Assembly (NCBI GenBank): GCA_048128005.1
Contig: JBEUKZ010000036.1
Coordinates: 186,001-250,000, forward strand
Length of the DNA stretch: 64,000 nucleotides
Reading direction: 5' to 3'
Origin: Veleropilina oligotropha
Taxonomy: Eukaryota
How positions within the stretch are numbered: position 1 is the first letter of the stretch; each line of letters starts with the position of its first letter. Positions 37,301-49,435 of this stretch are shown piece by piece. Under the pieces are notes generated by a model. It did no database searches. It was not told where the DNA came from and saw nothing but the letters and a program-made list of their open reading frames with translations. The translations under genes were made by a program, and so were the position numbers.

Positions 37301-38988
37301 ATGTTATAAAAACTAAGTGTAATGCGGTTAGTTTTCTTTTCAAAGAAAAAAGAGCGCAATTACGCGCAATAGGTTAATTAATTTAATTATGTAAAATCGA
37401 CTCCCCAGCCTTGGTCAAAACTTGCGGGGTGAAGAAATACAGTCCTCATACATCAGATCAGTGCTTAGTCAACACGTGGGGGATTTCCTCAGGGGGGGGT
37501 TGTGTGATTCCTTTGACGCATGCATAGAAGTGATTGAAATAGGATGAATATCTTCGTCGGGCGACTGAAATAAATGCATGCGTTTCTGGACAGTGCAATG
37601 CAAACGGAGCCGTACTAATGGCATTACTCTCACTTGAAACAGTTCTTTCGGCTGTACGCACAGCACCACAAACTGAGCTGCAAACGCAATCGGAAAAATG
37701 GAATCTTGACTTAGGACGAACGAATGGGTGAAGGATGAATTTTCAGGTGTGAACGATCCCTAAGCATAAACAAATAAATTTCACCAAATGAAACATTATA
37801 AATTTTATTAGATAATATTATGCTCTTAACTTTATTAGATATATGAATAAAAAATATGGAAAAGTATTTACATATTTCGAAGTGAACAGGTAAACAAACA
37901 TAGATCGAACATAAATGCGTTTTATGATCTGTCATACATGTTATATGTTCAAATTGGGAAAACAAATCGGGTAGATTACGAGTTTAGTGTTGGATTCAAA
38001 TAATGGAAATTATGTACCAAGTGCAAGATCCCGCGCTTGCATCTGTTCTCCTTCCAGGTAAACTGCCGACATACGTGTCTGCACTTCACATCAATCTAAG
38101 TTTGTTTATTTCAGACGTCTAACGAGAAAGTAATCGTAGCGTTATCAGATTGCCCCGTGAATCATTCACCAGAGGCCTTCAACCGCTTGCGTTGTCCAGA
38201 CAATGATGCCTTTGCTGTGCCTCATATGGTAGGTACTACAATTCATAAAGTCCAACCATCATATGTTAAGAACTAAGTCTGCATATTGAAAATCAATCAA
38301 TTTGCTGTTATGTAGCTTTGAGTAGTGGTAATATAATTATATATAATATAATGTTGTGTTTCTCCAGCTGTTAGTGGCTGCCCAGGTAGTCGTGTGGTAT
38401 CGAATGTCAACTCTGAAATCGACACAGTAACAGGAGTAGGATCGCATCTCGGCTGCGGCATTAATCTCTCTTCAGTTTTCAATCGCAGTTGTCCTTAACT
38501 GGCCGGAAGAAGGCGGGTTTCCCCGGATGGGGTTTTCCTCCCACGATAATAGGGACTTGTCCTGCTTTTAATCTGATGTTTGTAAATCATCCGTCCAACC
38601 AGCTGTTAGGCCCGTCTGTATGTATTAAAATGTACTTTGTGTTCTTTTTATGCCTCCACCAAGTTATTGGGGGGGCATTTAGATTTATCCTTATCCGTCC
38701 GTCTTGTCCCGAAAACCAGTATTTGCATGCGAGTAACTCCATTCTGCTATAACTTCCATCTGCCTTCATGGATTGACTTGATACTTCATGCAGTTGCTTA
38801 TCATCATTCATACTACTCTTCTGCGATCCATTTATGTTGCCCCTATGCCCAAGGTCAAGGTCAAATGAATTAGCTCATCGGACCAATATTTGCATGCGAG
38901 TACATGTAACTCCATTCTGCTATATAACTTCCATCTGCCTTCATGGATTGACTTAATACTTCATACACTTGCTTATCATCATTCATAT

Positions 38989-39205
38989 ATATGTAGTTAC
39001 AAACTTACTTACGTCCTTACTCTTGCCATAATAGTCATATTATCGCTAACCGGAAACAGTGAATAAAGTCACATTTATGCACTAATTAAGTCAAAACATA
39101 CCACGATCACCTCCCCTGCTTCCCCTCTCTAAGTTCCTCCAGCGAGATCTCGCCAAGTCTCGCGAGACATCCGGGCTATCAAGTCACCAGACATCAATTC
39201 AAAGT
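38989..39205 (+). repeat. DIRS-B left ITR
   Basis: Reverse complement of ~46165-46365 with no mismatch seen. Confidence 0.93.
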
Positions 39206-39974
39206 TTTCCGCCGAGACGGAAAGACGTGTTTTTTGCTCCGCAAATATTTCGATATGTCCGCCGGTTTATACGTTAAATCGAGGACGCTATAATTCTTAT
39301 ATATTAATATATAAGTTGTGGAATATACCCTGTGTTGTGGATATCTAAAACACAAGTGAATATAGGAAGATTGTGATTCTAAAACTTCGAGAAGTTCTGA
39401 AAATCAAGTGAAACCGACATCGCCGCTGTTGCAGGAAAAGCATGGCCGCTCAGAGGGGAAGTTTCGTGTAATAAGAAGAAATTTCTGGTCGGTATTTTTA
39501 TCTGATATTGTTTGAGACTGCAAACAGGTAACTCATTATATTGGATAATTCCTTAACGACGCTATTGCTGGTTATTATTGTATAAAAATTCTAGCGTCGT
39601 TAATAGGCAGGATCGTTTAGATATCACGCTTGCGTTTTTCTGTTATCCTGCCGTTTCTGGGATAATACACAATTGTACTAACATAAAAACATCCACGAGG
39701 TTTTCAGGTGTTTTTCTGGGCGGTTTTTTCTAAGAGAGAACCCCCGTTTGTTCTAGTCAATTTGCCTGGTTTTTTACCGGGTCGTGTCGGGTAAATACCC
39801 GGCCTCGGTGTTCCCAGCTCGGGGTTTTTTGCGGTATATCGTCTGATCTTTGATCTTCAGATCAGGGCAATTTTTAGAGTTGTCGTAGTAAATAGTCACA
39901 ACTACCAAATATATACTTTTAACTACCCCGTTCCGCCCACTACTACCCTCCCGTGTATTCAGGGAGAGGGAAGT

Positions 39975-42198
39975 ATGGTCCGGTGCAACTCCGGGTGTAA
40001 CCCGTAGTTTCACGGATTTCTAGGCGCACGGAATGCCGTGTTCACCGTAACTGACAGTAGGTCTTATATATGTGAACTGTGCCTAGATTTAACAGCAGGC
40101 AGTGGGCGAGCGTATATCCACCGAGGTGCGGACAACGGTGGGTTCTCCCCCGAGATTGGACAAAATGGTAGGTTAAAGGGAATTAACGTTTTTTTGTCTA
40201 CTTCAGGGGCCGCTGGGCGACAGTCGACCTTAAAAAGGGGCCGTCTGTCGCCGGCTCTACCGGCGTCACCTCCGCGACTCATAAGGGAGTCGCCGTAACC
40301 TTGCCGGGACCCTAGATTCAGGTAGGAGTGCTGTTCGATCCTCCTAAAACGGGCCTAGTAACTGCAGCCAACCATACCTTGCCGGCTAGCAAGGTATATC
40401 TGGCAACGCAGCGAACCGCTGAACAGGGCAGACAATCCCCATCCTTTTCTTCGGCCTCGAAGAATAAGGGGACAGTTAGTCCTTCTGCGGGAAACTCCCT
40501 ATTTTACGATAGGGAGCGACCCAATGAGAAAGCCTTTAAAGAGGCCGGGCACCTACTTGTAGGTCTAAGACTCGGACAATCGGCGACACCTGAATCCTCG
40601 TTCGAGACCGACGCGACTACCCCTAAGGGTTTTCCGCTCAACCTCGATGCTCACGAGCTTTTCAGAGGGCCCGTTCTCTCCCGTGCACCCACGATGGTCA
40701 CGCTAGAGAACGTGGACAGACCGGCTGCGTTCGGGACGGGGTTCTACGGCGGTTTTCCGACCGTGCCTCTCTCGAACAGAGTGGTAGACCGATACGGACT
40801 GTTGCCGCAGTCCTACCGGTCGTCCGGCCCACCGAACCTGCCTTCGGGCCGTTCTTTCGGGTTCGACCACTCGACACGTGTCCCGAGACCCTAAAACAAG
40901 GGTTCTCGGCTACACCTGTCCATGCCGCCCGTCTACCTAGCGCCACGGTGAATTCGACCGAACTACCGGCTGTTAGTTCGACGCCCGTCATGCCTCCGGG
41001 TTTCTCTTTAGAGAACGTCCAGGCTATGTTCGCGGCGGAGTTCGAGTCCCGATGTCGGGCCTGGCAACCGGCTTCCTAGCCGCTCCAGGTACCTACACCT
41101 CTGCCTGTGGCGCAGAGCACGGCTCCTGCCTCCGTGGTGGGGATCGAACCTCGTTCCGACGAGGACCTCGACTCCACTCACTCCGACCTCCCTGTATCGG
41201 TCGGGCCCGAAGACGGTAGTCTTCCAGGCACGCAGGAGCCGACCTCCACCACCCGCCGAACTCGACGCTGTTGCGTCACTTCGCGGGGTGCTTGACCTGC
41301 CGGAACCGACTCGGTCGTATGTAGGCCCGGTCAAGCACAGGACGGCGGCGCATCGGTTTGTTGAGAAGGAAGCCCCCTTGCTTCCTTCCTTACCTCAGTC
41401 TGGGCTGGTTGATCGGGTGTTGACTCGACAACCAAGCTCAGTCGGGGGCGCAATCCGGTGGAGTCCTCCCCACTGACCGAGTACCCTTCGGGGTTCCGTA
41501 GTGGGAGGTACCTCCGGGCCAGTTCGCGTTCGATCCCGTTCGCATATACTGGTCCGTGCCTGGCGACTGAGCCGGCTCGTGTTGACGCAGCGTTGCGTTG
41601 ACTGACCGCCAGTCACACTCCCTCTGTAGCGAGAGTTCCTGGGTTCGCCTTGGAAGCTTTCGAGAGCTCCACCCGATGGGCTCTGCGGCTGTCGTCCGTT
41701 CAGGATTTTTCCTAGACGGGGCGATAGCCGTATTACAGGAGGATGGACCCGGCGCCCGTGGGCTGCCCTGTCCTTCCTCCAGGAGGTTGCTGCCGTTATG
41801 GAGACCAACGCGTTGGAGACGGGACGTGTCCTGGGTAGCGCACTCCTACTTCGTAGGGTCGCTTACCTTGAAGGCACCTCGCTAGATGAGGCCACCCGGC
41901 GCTCGTTGCGATGCGTGCCTTGCTCGGCCACCACTCTTTTTGGCGACAACTTTACGGAGTTCGTCGACAAGAGAGCGGCGGACATGAAGGACCGTGCCAT
42001 CGAGAAGGCGGTACTGTACCCTACCCGGGGTCCACCTGCCGACTCGAGGAAGCGCTCAGGGCCCACCCGGACCCCGAAGCCTTCCAAGCGTGCAACGCCC
42101 TCTTCGGGTGGTAGGCCCCCGGCCATTAACCCACTCCGAGGAGGCAAGCACCTCCAACAAGCTCCCGTCAGAGCGGGAGAGGGAAGCCTCGGCCCTAG
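39975..42198 (+). pseudogene. gag: DIRS-B ORF1 (gag-like), many stops and frameshifts
   Basis: ATG GTC CGG TGC aligns with DIRS-A MVHC. Fragments GLVTAANHTLPASK, RSDEDLDSTHSDLP and LLRRVAYLEGTSLDEATRRSLRCVP match DIRS-A gag in shifting frames. Confidence 0.8.
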
Positions 42199-42311
42199 GG
42201 CTGCCGGCACACACGACAGTCCCAGCTGCCCGCTTCCGCCGGTGGAAGCGTATTTGTTAGCGTACAGCCAGCCGTGGCTAGACTACCAGACAGTAGCTGG
42301 GTCCCTCCGTC

Positions 42312-45179
42312 GTGAGTGCCGGATACAAGTTGGTTCAACCGGCATCCGACCCTAAACGAGGCACCACCACCAAGACACGCTCGCCTCCTAAACGGAGAGA
42401 AACAAGCGGTCTTAGACCAGGCAGTGCAGGATTTGCTCCTAAAACGAGCGATATATCCCGCGCCGCCCAGCACACCAGGATTTTACAGCCATTTCTTCCT
42501 GGTCCCGAAACCCGATGGCCGCTGGAGACCGATCCTCGATCTCTCATATCTCAACCGATATCTTCGTACCGAGAAATTCCAGCAAGAAACCCTCTCGAAG
42601 ATTCGAGCGGCCATCCGTCCGGGCGACTGGGCAGCGTCTATCGATCTGACCGACGCGTATCTGCATGTCCCGATGCATGTCACGGCTCATCAGTACCTTC
42701 GGTTTATACACGGGGAGACGATCTACCAATTCAGGTGCCTACCGTTCGGTCTATCGTCAGCCCCTTACGTCTTCACGAGAACAGTACAGGCCCTAGGGGC
42801 CTTCCTACACTCTCTGGGGCACAGGGTACATATGTACCTCGACGACTGGCTGATCCTCGGGGCGTCCCGGGATCTGTGCCTCCGGTCTACGAGCTTTACC
42901 CTGTCATCGACGAAGCGCCTGGGATTTCAGATCAACGAGACAAAATCCTGCTTCGTGCCCTCGACGACGTTTACGTTCCTCGGAGTCGACTTCGATACGG
43001 TCCGGTACACCGCGAAGCCGACCCAGAAGCGTATGCGGAACCTACGCGCGGTTATCCAAGACACCCTGTCATCGGACGTAACTACAGCGCGACAACTGGC
43101 CACTGTCCTAGGGCACATCGAGTCGGTAGCGACCCTGCTACCGACGGGTCGCATGGACAACCGACCGTTGCAGCAGGCGTTCAGGGATCGCTGGATACAA
43201 CGGACGGGGCAGTGGACGGATCGCATCGATCTACGGCATTGGTTTACCAGCACAACAGCAGTGTGGTTGAACCCTGCTTTGCCGGACCAGTCGGTTCCTA
43301 TATCCCCGCCAGAGCCGAACGCTTACCTGTTCACAGACGCTTCGAACGACGGCTGGGGTGGTCACCTCGACAGTTACGAGACATCAGGCCTATGGCCGAC
43401 GGACCTTCAGGGACGACACATCAACTTCCTAGAGTTAGAAGCCGTCTACCTGTCAGTACGGTCCCTCTCGTCACATCTCCGCAACAAGCATATAATGCTC
43501 GCCACGGACAACACGACTGTCGTCGCTTACATCCAGCACCAGGGCGGCACTCGCTCGCGTCCCCTTTGCGACCGAGCAATAGACCTACACCGCCTAGTGA
43601 TGTCCCTCAACTCGACGATTCGAGCCCGACACATCCCGGGAAAGCTGAATGTCAGAGCGGATTCGCTCTCTCGGAAATCACAGATAATACACACAGAGTG
43701 GACGCTACACAGCCGAGTAGCTCGGGATGTTTGCCGCCGGTGGTCGCAACCCCAAGTCGATCTGTTTGCAACAGAGTTCAATTACCGACTACCTCTGTAT
43801 GTCTCCCCGTACCCGGACCCGGCCGCCCTAGCGGTCGACGCACTGTCAATGACATGGGAGAATCTGTCCGCGTATGCCTTCCCCCCGTCGTGCATTCTAT
43901 CACTGGTACTACAGAAGGCATCGAACGAACGTTGCGAGATAACGCTAATAGCGCCCCTGTATCGCACGCAACCTTGGTTTCTGACCCTCCTCGATCTGAT
44001 CGTCGATCGACCGTTAGCGCTACCGCAGAAACTGGACCTGTTAATGCAGCCGCGCACCCGTGTACTCCACGAATCGCCGAACGACTTACGTTTACACGCC
44101 TGGCGGTTATCGAACGATCCCTTGCTAAGAAAGGATTTTCTCACGCAACAGCCCTACGCATATACCGATCGAGAAGGCTTTCCACGACAAAAGTTTATGA
44201 CTACCGATGGGTTAAGTACGTGGATTGGTGTCACAGCAGGCAGGTCAATATACTCCGTCCCCCTGTGAACAAATTTATCGAGTTTTTATCGTCGCTCTTC
44301 GACCGCGGTATGTCAGTGTCCGCCGTCAAAGGCTATCGGGCAACGATCGCGACCACGTTAAAACAGTGTCGTGCCCATGCTGGCCTCTCTAACGACCGTA
44401 CGATTTCAGATTTTATTCGATCCTACGAACTCGAAATGCCGACCCGAACCTTTCGGCCACCTGCCTGGAATATTGTTCTAATTCTTAACGCTCTACACTT
44501 ACCCCCGTACGAGCCGATGTCCACGGTGTCTATGAGGAACTTAACGCACAAAACAGTTTTTCTGATCGCCTTAGCGTCGGGCAGGCGTTGTTCCGAGATT
44601 CATAGCTTATCCGCCGAGCTCCGTTATATTAGATTCCAGTCAGACGGGTCGGTGATGCTGCGTCCTGTTCTGGGCTTCCTCGCCAAGAACCAACGGCCGA
44701 ACGAGGACGCACCTGATATTATTATTCCCAAGCTTACGCTGGTCGGAAGGCATGCTGAAGACCGGTTAAATTGCCCCGTACGGGCCCTGCGCTTCTACCT
44801 CGACAGAACCCGTGATTTACGGCAAGGGAAATTGCGTTTATTCATTTCGTATTTACCTTCCTTCACCCACGACATTACTAAGACTACTGTTTCGCGGTGG
44901 ATTTCACAGGTGGTGAGAGATGTGTACTCTCGCTGTGAAGAAGTAGACCGCACTATTTTATCCGTGCGCGCGCACGAGGTCCGTGCAATTGCTGCGTCCA
45001 TTGCCTTCCGACATAATTTAAATATTACAGCGTTGCTTCAAGCGGGTTACTGGAAAACAGCTAATGTCTTCGTTAAGTATTATCTGCGGGACTATTCAAC
45101 CGGGGCTGACGGGTTGAGCACCCTACAATGCGTGGCTGCTCAACGTTGTATTGTTAGACCGAGGTCGTCTAATCAGTGA
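42312..45179 (+). CDS. DIRS-B tyrosine recombinase ORF (955 codons) whose N-terminal ~600 aa overlap RT
   Basis: C-terminal YR motifs ASGRRCSEIH, AKNQ, CPVRALRFY, AHEVRA, GYW, FVKYY. Confidence 0.9.
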   Translation: MSAGYKLVQPASDPKRGTTTKTRSPPKRRETSGLRPGSAGFAPKTSDISRAAQHTRILQPFLPGPETRWPLETDPRSLISQPISSYREIPARNPLEDSSGHPSGRLGSVYRSDRRVSACPDACHGSSVPSVYTRGDDLPIQVPTVRSIVSPLRLHENSTGPRGLPTLSGAQGTYVPRRLADPRGVPGSVPPVYELYPVIDEAPGISDQRDKILLRALDDVYVPRSRLRYGPVHREADPEAYAEPTRGYPRHPVIGRNYSATTGHCPRAHRVGSDPATDGSHGQPTVAAGVQGSLDTTDGAVDGSHRSTALVYQHNSSVVEPCFAGPVGSYIPARAERLPVHRRFERRLGWSPRQLRDIRPMADGPSGTTHQLPRVRSRLPVSTVPLVTSPQQAYNARHGQHDCRRLHPAPGRHSLASPLRPSNRPTPPSDVPQLDDSSPTHPGKAECQSGFALSEITDNTHRVDATQPSSSGCLPPVVATPSRSVCNRVQLPTTSVCLPVPGPGRPSGRRTVNDMGESVRVCLPPVVHSITGTTEGIERTLRDNANSAPVSHATLVSDPPRSDRRSTVSATAETGPVNAAAHPCTPRIAERLTFTRLAVIERSLAKKGFSHATALRIYRSRRLSTTKVYDYRWVKYVDWCHSRQVNILRPPVNKFIEFLSSLFDRGMSVSAVKGYRATIATTLKQCRAHAGLSNDRTISDFIRSYELEMPTRTFRPPAWNIVLILNALHLPPYEPMSTVSMRNLTHKTVFLIALASGRRCSEIHSLSAELRYIRFQSDGSVMLRPVLGFLAKNQRPNEDAPDIIIPKLTLVGRHAEDRLNCPVRALRFYLDRTRDLRQGKLRLFISYLPSFTHDITKTTVSRWISQVVRDVYSRCEEVDRTILSVRAHEVRAIAASIAFRHNLNITALLQAGYWKTANVFVKYYLRDYSTGADGLSTLQCVAAQRCIVRPRSSNQ
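42316..44268 (+). CDS. pol: DIRS-B reverse transcriptase-RNase H-methyltransferase-like ORF (open, no obvious start codon)
   Basis: 650 codons without a stop: FLVPKPDG, DLTDAY, LPFGLSSAP, YLDDWL, TDAS, ELEAV, DNTT, DLFA...YAFPP. Confidence 0.9.
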   Translation: MPDTSWFNRHPTLNEAPPPRHARLLNGEKQAVLDQAVQDLLLKRAIYPAPPSTPGFYSHFFLVPKPDGRWRPILDLSYLNRYLRTEKFQQETLSKIRAAIRPGDWAASIDLTDAYLHVPMHVTAHQYLRFIHGETIYQFRCLPFGLSSAPYVFTRTVQALGAFLHSLGHRVHMYLDDWLILGASRDLCLRSTSFTLSSTKRLGFQINETKSCFVPSTTFTFLGVDFDTVRYTAKPTQKRMRNLRAVIQDTLSSDVTTARQLATVLGHIESVATLLPTGRMDNRPLQQAFRDRWIQRTGQWTDRIDLRHWFTSTTAVWLNPALPDQSVPISPPEPNAYLFTDASNDGWGGHLDSYETSGLWPTDLQGRHINFLELEAVYLSVRSLSSHLRNKHIMLATDNTTVVAYIQHQGGTRSRPLCDRAIDLHRLVMSLNSTIRARHIPGKLNVRADSLSRKSQIIHTEWTLHSRVARDVCRRWSQPQVDLFATEFNYRLPLYVSPYPDPAALAVDALSMTWENLSAYAFPPSCILSLVLQKASNERCEITLIAPLYRTQPWFLTLLDLIVDRPLALPQKLDLLMQPRTRVLHESPNDLRLHAWRLSNDPLLRKDFLTQQPYAYTDREGFPRQKFMTTDGLSTWIGVTAGRSIYSVPL

Positions 45180-46016
45180 GTGTTATTTGTTGATTGATCA
45201 ATTTACATAATTCATGCTGACGCATTGTTATTTGTTGGCCTAGTTGTTCTATGAAATAGACACAATATGAGGCGATTCAATGTCTGTTCATTTCTTAAAA
45301 ACATTTTACGATTTTGTACTTCATGTCATTTCTGAGTATATTGACAAGCCAGATTACATTGAATTTAATAAACAAATATATTGCAAAAATCTTATAAGAT
45401 TTGAGGTTCAATATTATTGATGTTCTATGCTGTATAGACCATACGATGTTCAGGACATTGGAAAAAATTTAATATTTGCTTCCTTCAAATTTATTTTAAG
45501 TAACATGTCGTACATATTTGCTTCCTTAAAAATTTATTTTAAGTGACATGTCGTACATGTTAGCGTTTCGCAAGTTGGTCATGCGAATCAATTATTAATA
45601 TCGATTATTTATTTAATCTATTAATTCTTTGCTTTTGTTTTCACGCTTTCACAACCTATTAGGTTCCGTGTGCTTACAAATCCGACTGCATCCTCTGGCT
45701 ACCGGCCTTTGGCCAGGAGTACCATTTGGCTGCCACTGGCCCATGACACGTAAGACCTACAGGGATTCATCCTTCCGGCCGTGCCTGGGGCTGATTGCAC
45801 TTCCGTTCACCTCGTCCGACTAACACCACGGCGTATTCTCCCGGTAACACTGGTCGAAATTCTCGCTTGGTAAGAGTTGAATATAATTCTCAGTAAATTC
45901 CACTCTGGGCGGACACAATCGACGCTTCAAATGCTGATTGAAATGGTGAAAAGCAAGTCATTATCTTGTTTGGGTTTGCTGTAAGGAACTTCTTACCCAC
46001 CTATCCAAGGTTATTC

Positions 46017-46106
46017 TGGCAAGAGTAAGGACGTAAGTAAGTTTGTAACTACATATGAGGTTTTAAGGTAAACCTAATATTAGTTAAAACATACTTACGT
46101 CCTTAC
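46017..46106 (+). other. DIRS-B internal complementary region
   Basis: gtaaggacgtaagtaagtttgtaactacatat is complementary to the left end; gaggttttaaggtaaacctaatattagttaaaacatacttacgtccttac is complementary to the right end. Confidence 0.93.
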
Positions 46107-46164
46107 CACGATTACCCACCCTGCTTCGCATTCCTCCCCTCTGCTAAGTTCCTTTGGGGTTCTG

Positions 46165-46400
46165 AACTTTGAATTGATGTCTGGTGACTTGATAGCCCGG
46201 ATGTCTCGCGAGACTTGGCGAGATCTCGCTGGAGGAACTTAGAGAGGGGAAGCAGGGGAGGTGATCGTGGTATGTTTTGACTTAATTAGTGCATAAATGT
46301 GACTTTATTCACTGTTTCCGGTTAGCGATAATATGACTATTATGGCAAGAGTAAGGACGTAAGTATGTTTTAACTAATATTAGGTTTACCTTAAAACCTC
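46165..46400 (+). repeat. DIRS-B right ITR with 3' extension
   Basis: Inverted copy of the left ITR; ends ccttaaaacctc. Confidence 0.93.
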
Positions 46401-48015
46401 ATTTTGCTTCTGCGACCCATCCATGTCACCCCTATGCCCAAGGTCAAAGAAAATGACTTAGCTCTTCGGACCAGTATTTGCGTGCGAGTAACTCCATTCT
46501 GCTATAACTTCCATCTCAGATCTGTCTTCATGGATTGACTTGATACTTCATACACTTACATATCATTATTCATACTTCGCTTCTGCGACCCACCCATGTC
46601 ACCCCTATGCCCAAGGTCAAAGAAAATGACTTAGCTCTTTGGCCCAGTATTTGCATGTGAGTAAGTCCATTCTGCTATAACTTCCATCTGCCTTCATGGA
46701 TTGACTTGATACTTCATACACTTGCTTATCATCATTCATACTTCCCTTCTGTGACCCACCCATGTCGCCCCTATGCCCAAGGTCGAAGATAATGACTTAA
46801 TTAGCTCTTCGGATCAGTATTTGCGTGCAAGTAACTCCAGTCTGCTATAACTTCCATCTGCCTTCGTAGATTGACGTGATACTTCATATACTTGCTTACC
46901 ATCATTCATACTTCCCTTCTGCGACCCACCCATGTCGCCCCTATGCCCAACGTCAAGGTCAAATGATTTAGCTTTTCGGACCAGTATTTGCATGGAAGTA
47001 ACTCCCATCTGCTATAACTTCCATCTGCCTTCAAGGATTGACTTGATACTTAATACACTTGCTTATCAACATTCGTACTTCCCTTCTGCGACTCACCCAT
47101 GCCATTAATTGTCTGTAAATAACTCCACAAAACGATCTTTGCCGCCCCTATGGTCAAGGCTGCCAGTGGGGGCATTCGTGTTCGATGGACACATTTCTAG
47201 TTTTCAATAAATTCACATTTTGTATAGATTTTAGTTAACGCAATGCAGTGTTTGCTGATCTGTAATGACTTCATACATCTCATAACTATTCGGTTCTGTA
47301 CAAGTAACGTGCTGATGTATGGTCCAGATATCAATCTTCATCACATAAGGAAATTATGGTTTCATGATTTGCACCTATGACATGTATGATGTTTAAGGAT
47401 AATTTATGCAATTTTCATATATATAATATTGGTGTATTCATGCATGATTTATGAAACTTTACTTTCCACAGAAATTGTTGTTAGGGTGAGTGTTTGCTTC
47501 CAAACTTTAGTTGTTTTCCACATGTGCAAATCTGGCTGTTTTATTTATGAATCAAGTTCTAGCAATGTTCATGGATGGCTATGGTTATATTGCATGGCAC
47601 AATAATGAATACACATTGCATGTAATGATGTTCAACAATATTGACTAATCGTTCACTGGGCACATGCTTCTAATACATATGTATGATGGCAAGTGTATAT
47701 TTTCACAGGTTTATGTTTGCTGGTCTTGTGTAGTTTCGCAATATTAATTTAATAAAACATATATAAAATCTTCTGACAATGCCAATATTGTTTGAAGTGG
47801 CTAGTCATGCGGAACACATACAAACTTAATTAATTTGCTTCTATGCTCAAGTCGCATAATTTTGAGGACTGGTCATTTCTGAGTTGGTAACCCACGAGAT
47901 CACATCGAAGAATCGACATATGATTGGTTGGCAAATGATTGAAACAAGACTACAACTTTGATTGACAGTCTCGTAACAAAAGACGTACACCTAATTACTG
48001 TGATGCAATGATGTG

Positions 48016-49435
48016 TTTTTGTATACGCCCACCGATGGCGAGATGTATTATCTCAAGAAATATACCATCTTTAAATATGAAATTATCTGGGTGGGCTCAT
48101 CGTGTGACAATGAAGAAGCCTAATTTCATTTTCAACCCTGTCGCTCGATTTGTCGCTGACTTCCGTCCCATGATCGAAAACAAAAATAATTTCGTTTCCG
48201 CACGATAATTATAAAAAGCAAATTATTGTATCCCCCGAAACGAAAGTGTCGGGGATACTAGGGTTTAGTGTCTGTTACGCCACCGTCGCGTCCGCTGAGT
48301 GATTCCTCGTGGTTGCTCTAGACAGGCCATTTCTTAACAGAACGTTTTCAAATTTTGTATGACATTTTATTGTGCATTGGTTGGGGCGAGGACACGACAC
48401 CTATAGATTTTGGGTGTGGTCCGACCTCCAAGATGGCCACTGTGGCCTCTCCATAATGGATTTGAAAGCATAATTCCCTGTGAACGTTCTAGACAGGCCA
48501 TTTCTTAACGGAATGTTTTCAAATTTGGTATGTGCATTGGTTGCATGAGGCTAGGATACGACACCTATAGATTTTGGGTATGGCTCGACCTCCAAGATGG
48601 CCACCACGACCACCATAATTGCTTGTAATCGCTCTACACAGGTCATTTCTTAACGGAATGTTTTTAAATTTGGTTTGCGCATTGGTTAGTGTAAGGACAC
48701 ATCACATATTTCGGGTGTGGTCCGACCTCCAAGATGGTCGCTGTGGCGACCATCTTGGAACTTAAAGCATACAATTCCTTGTGATCGCACTAGACAGGTC
48801 ATTACCGGGGATACATTCATTATGCAGTCACTCGTGACTGAGCGTTCTAGTTTTTCAATGAAACTGGATGCTTTAATCATGTGACAAGGAAGAAGCCTAT
48901 TCATTTTCAACCCTGTTGCTCGACTTGTAGCTGACTTCTGACTCTTATTCAAAAACAAGGAAAATGTTCAAAAACTAGGAAAATTTTATTTCCGCACGAT
49001 AACTATAAAATTATTTTTCAATGAAACTTTCCGGAAGGATTAATGATAATGATGCGACAAGGTAAAGGCCTAATCATTTCCTAATCATTTCCAGCCATGT
49101 CGATCGATTTGTCCCTGACTTCTGACCCATTTTTGATAAAAATAAATTTCGTTTCCGCACGATAACTAAGCCAATATAAATTATTTCACAATGAAACTTT
49201 CCCGACGGCTTGATCATGTGTCAGGAAAGAAGCCTATTCGTTTTCATCCTTGTCACTCAATTGTATTGTCTTCTGACTCTCGTTCGAAAACAAAGAAATT
49301 TCATTTTGCACTCAGCAAAAAGAAATTGTTTTTCGATTAAACTTGCTGAATAGGTTAATCATGTGACAAATAATCCTATTCAAACTAGTTACGAATTGCG
49401 CGGGCGTTTTATGTATCGTTTACGTTACTCTTGTT
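48016..49435 (+). mobile_element. HINE-like element with nested HINE (48226-48852); duplicate of 24293-25848
   Basis: Same termini; the nested element has one fewer core repeat than in copy 1. Confidence 0.7.

Larger units (their letters stand above)
38989..46400 (+). mobile_element. DIRS-B: full-length DIRS1-type element of a second family; insertion absent from the paralogous site at ~22670
   Basis: Apparently identical ITRs, an ICR, open RT and YR frames, degraded gag. The empty site cattcatattttgc is present in copy 1. Confidence 0.96.
38645..47202 (+). mobile_element. HINE-like element (duplicate of 22335-23476) interrupted by DIRS-B
   Basis: The repeat unit breaks at cattcatat (38988) and resumes at attttgcttctgcg (46401). 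Confidence 0.8.
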
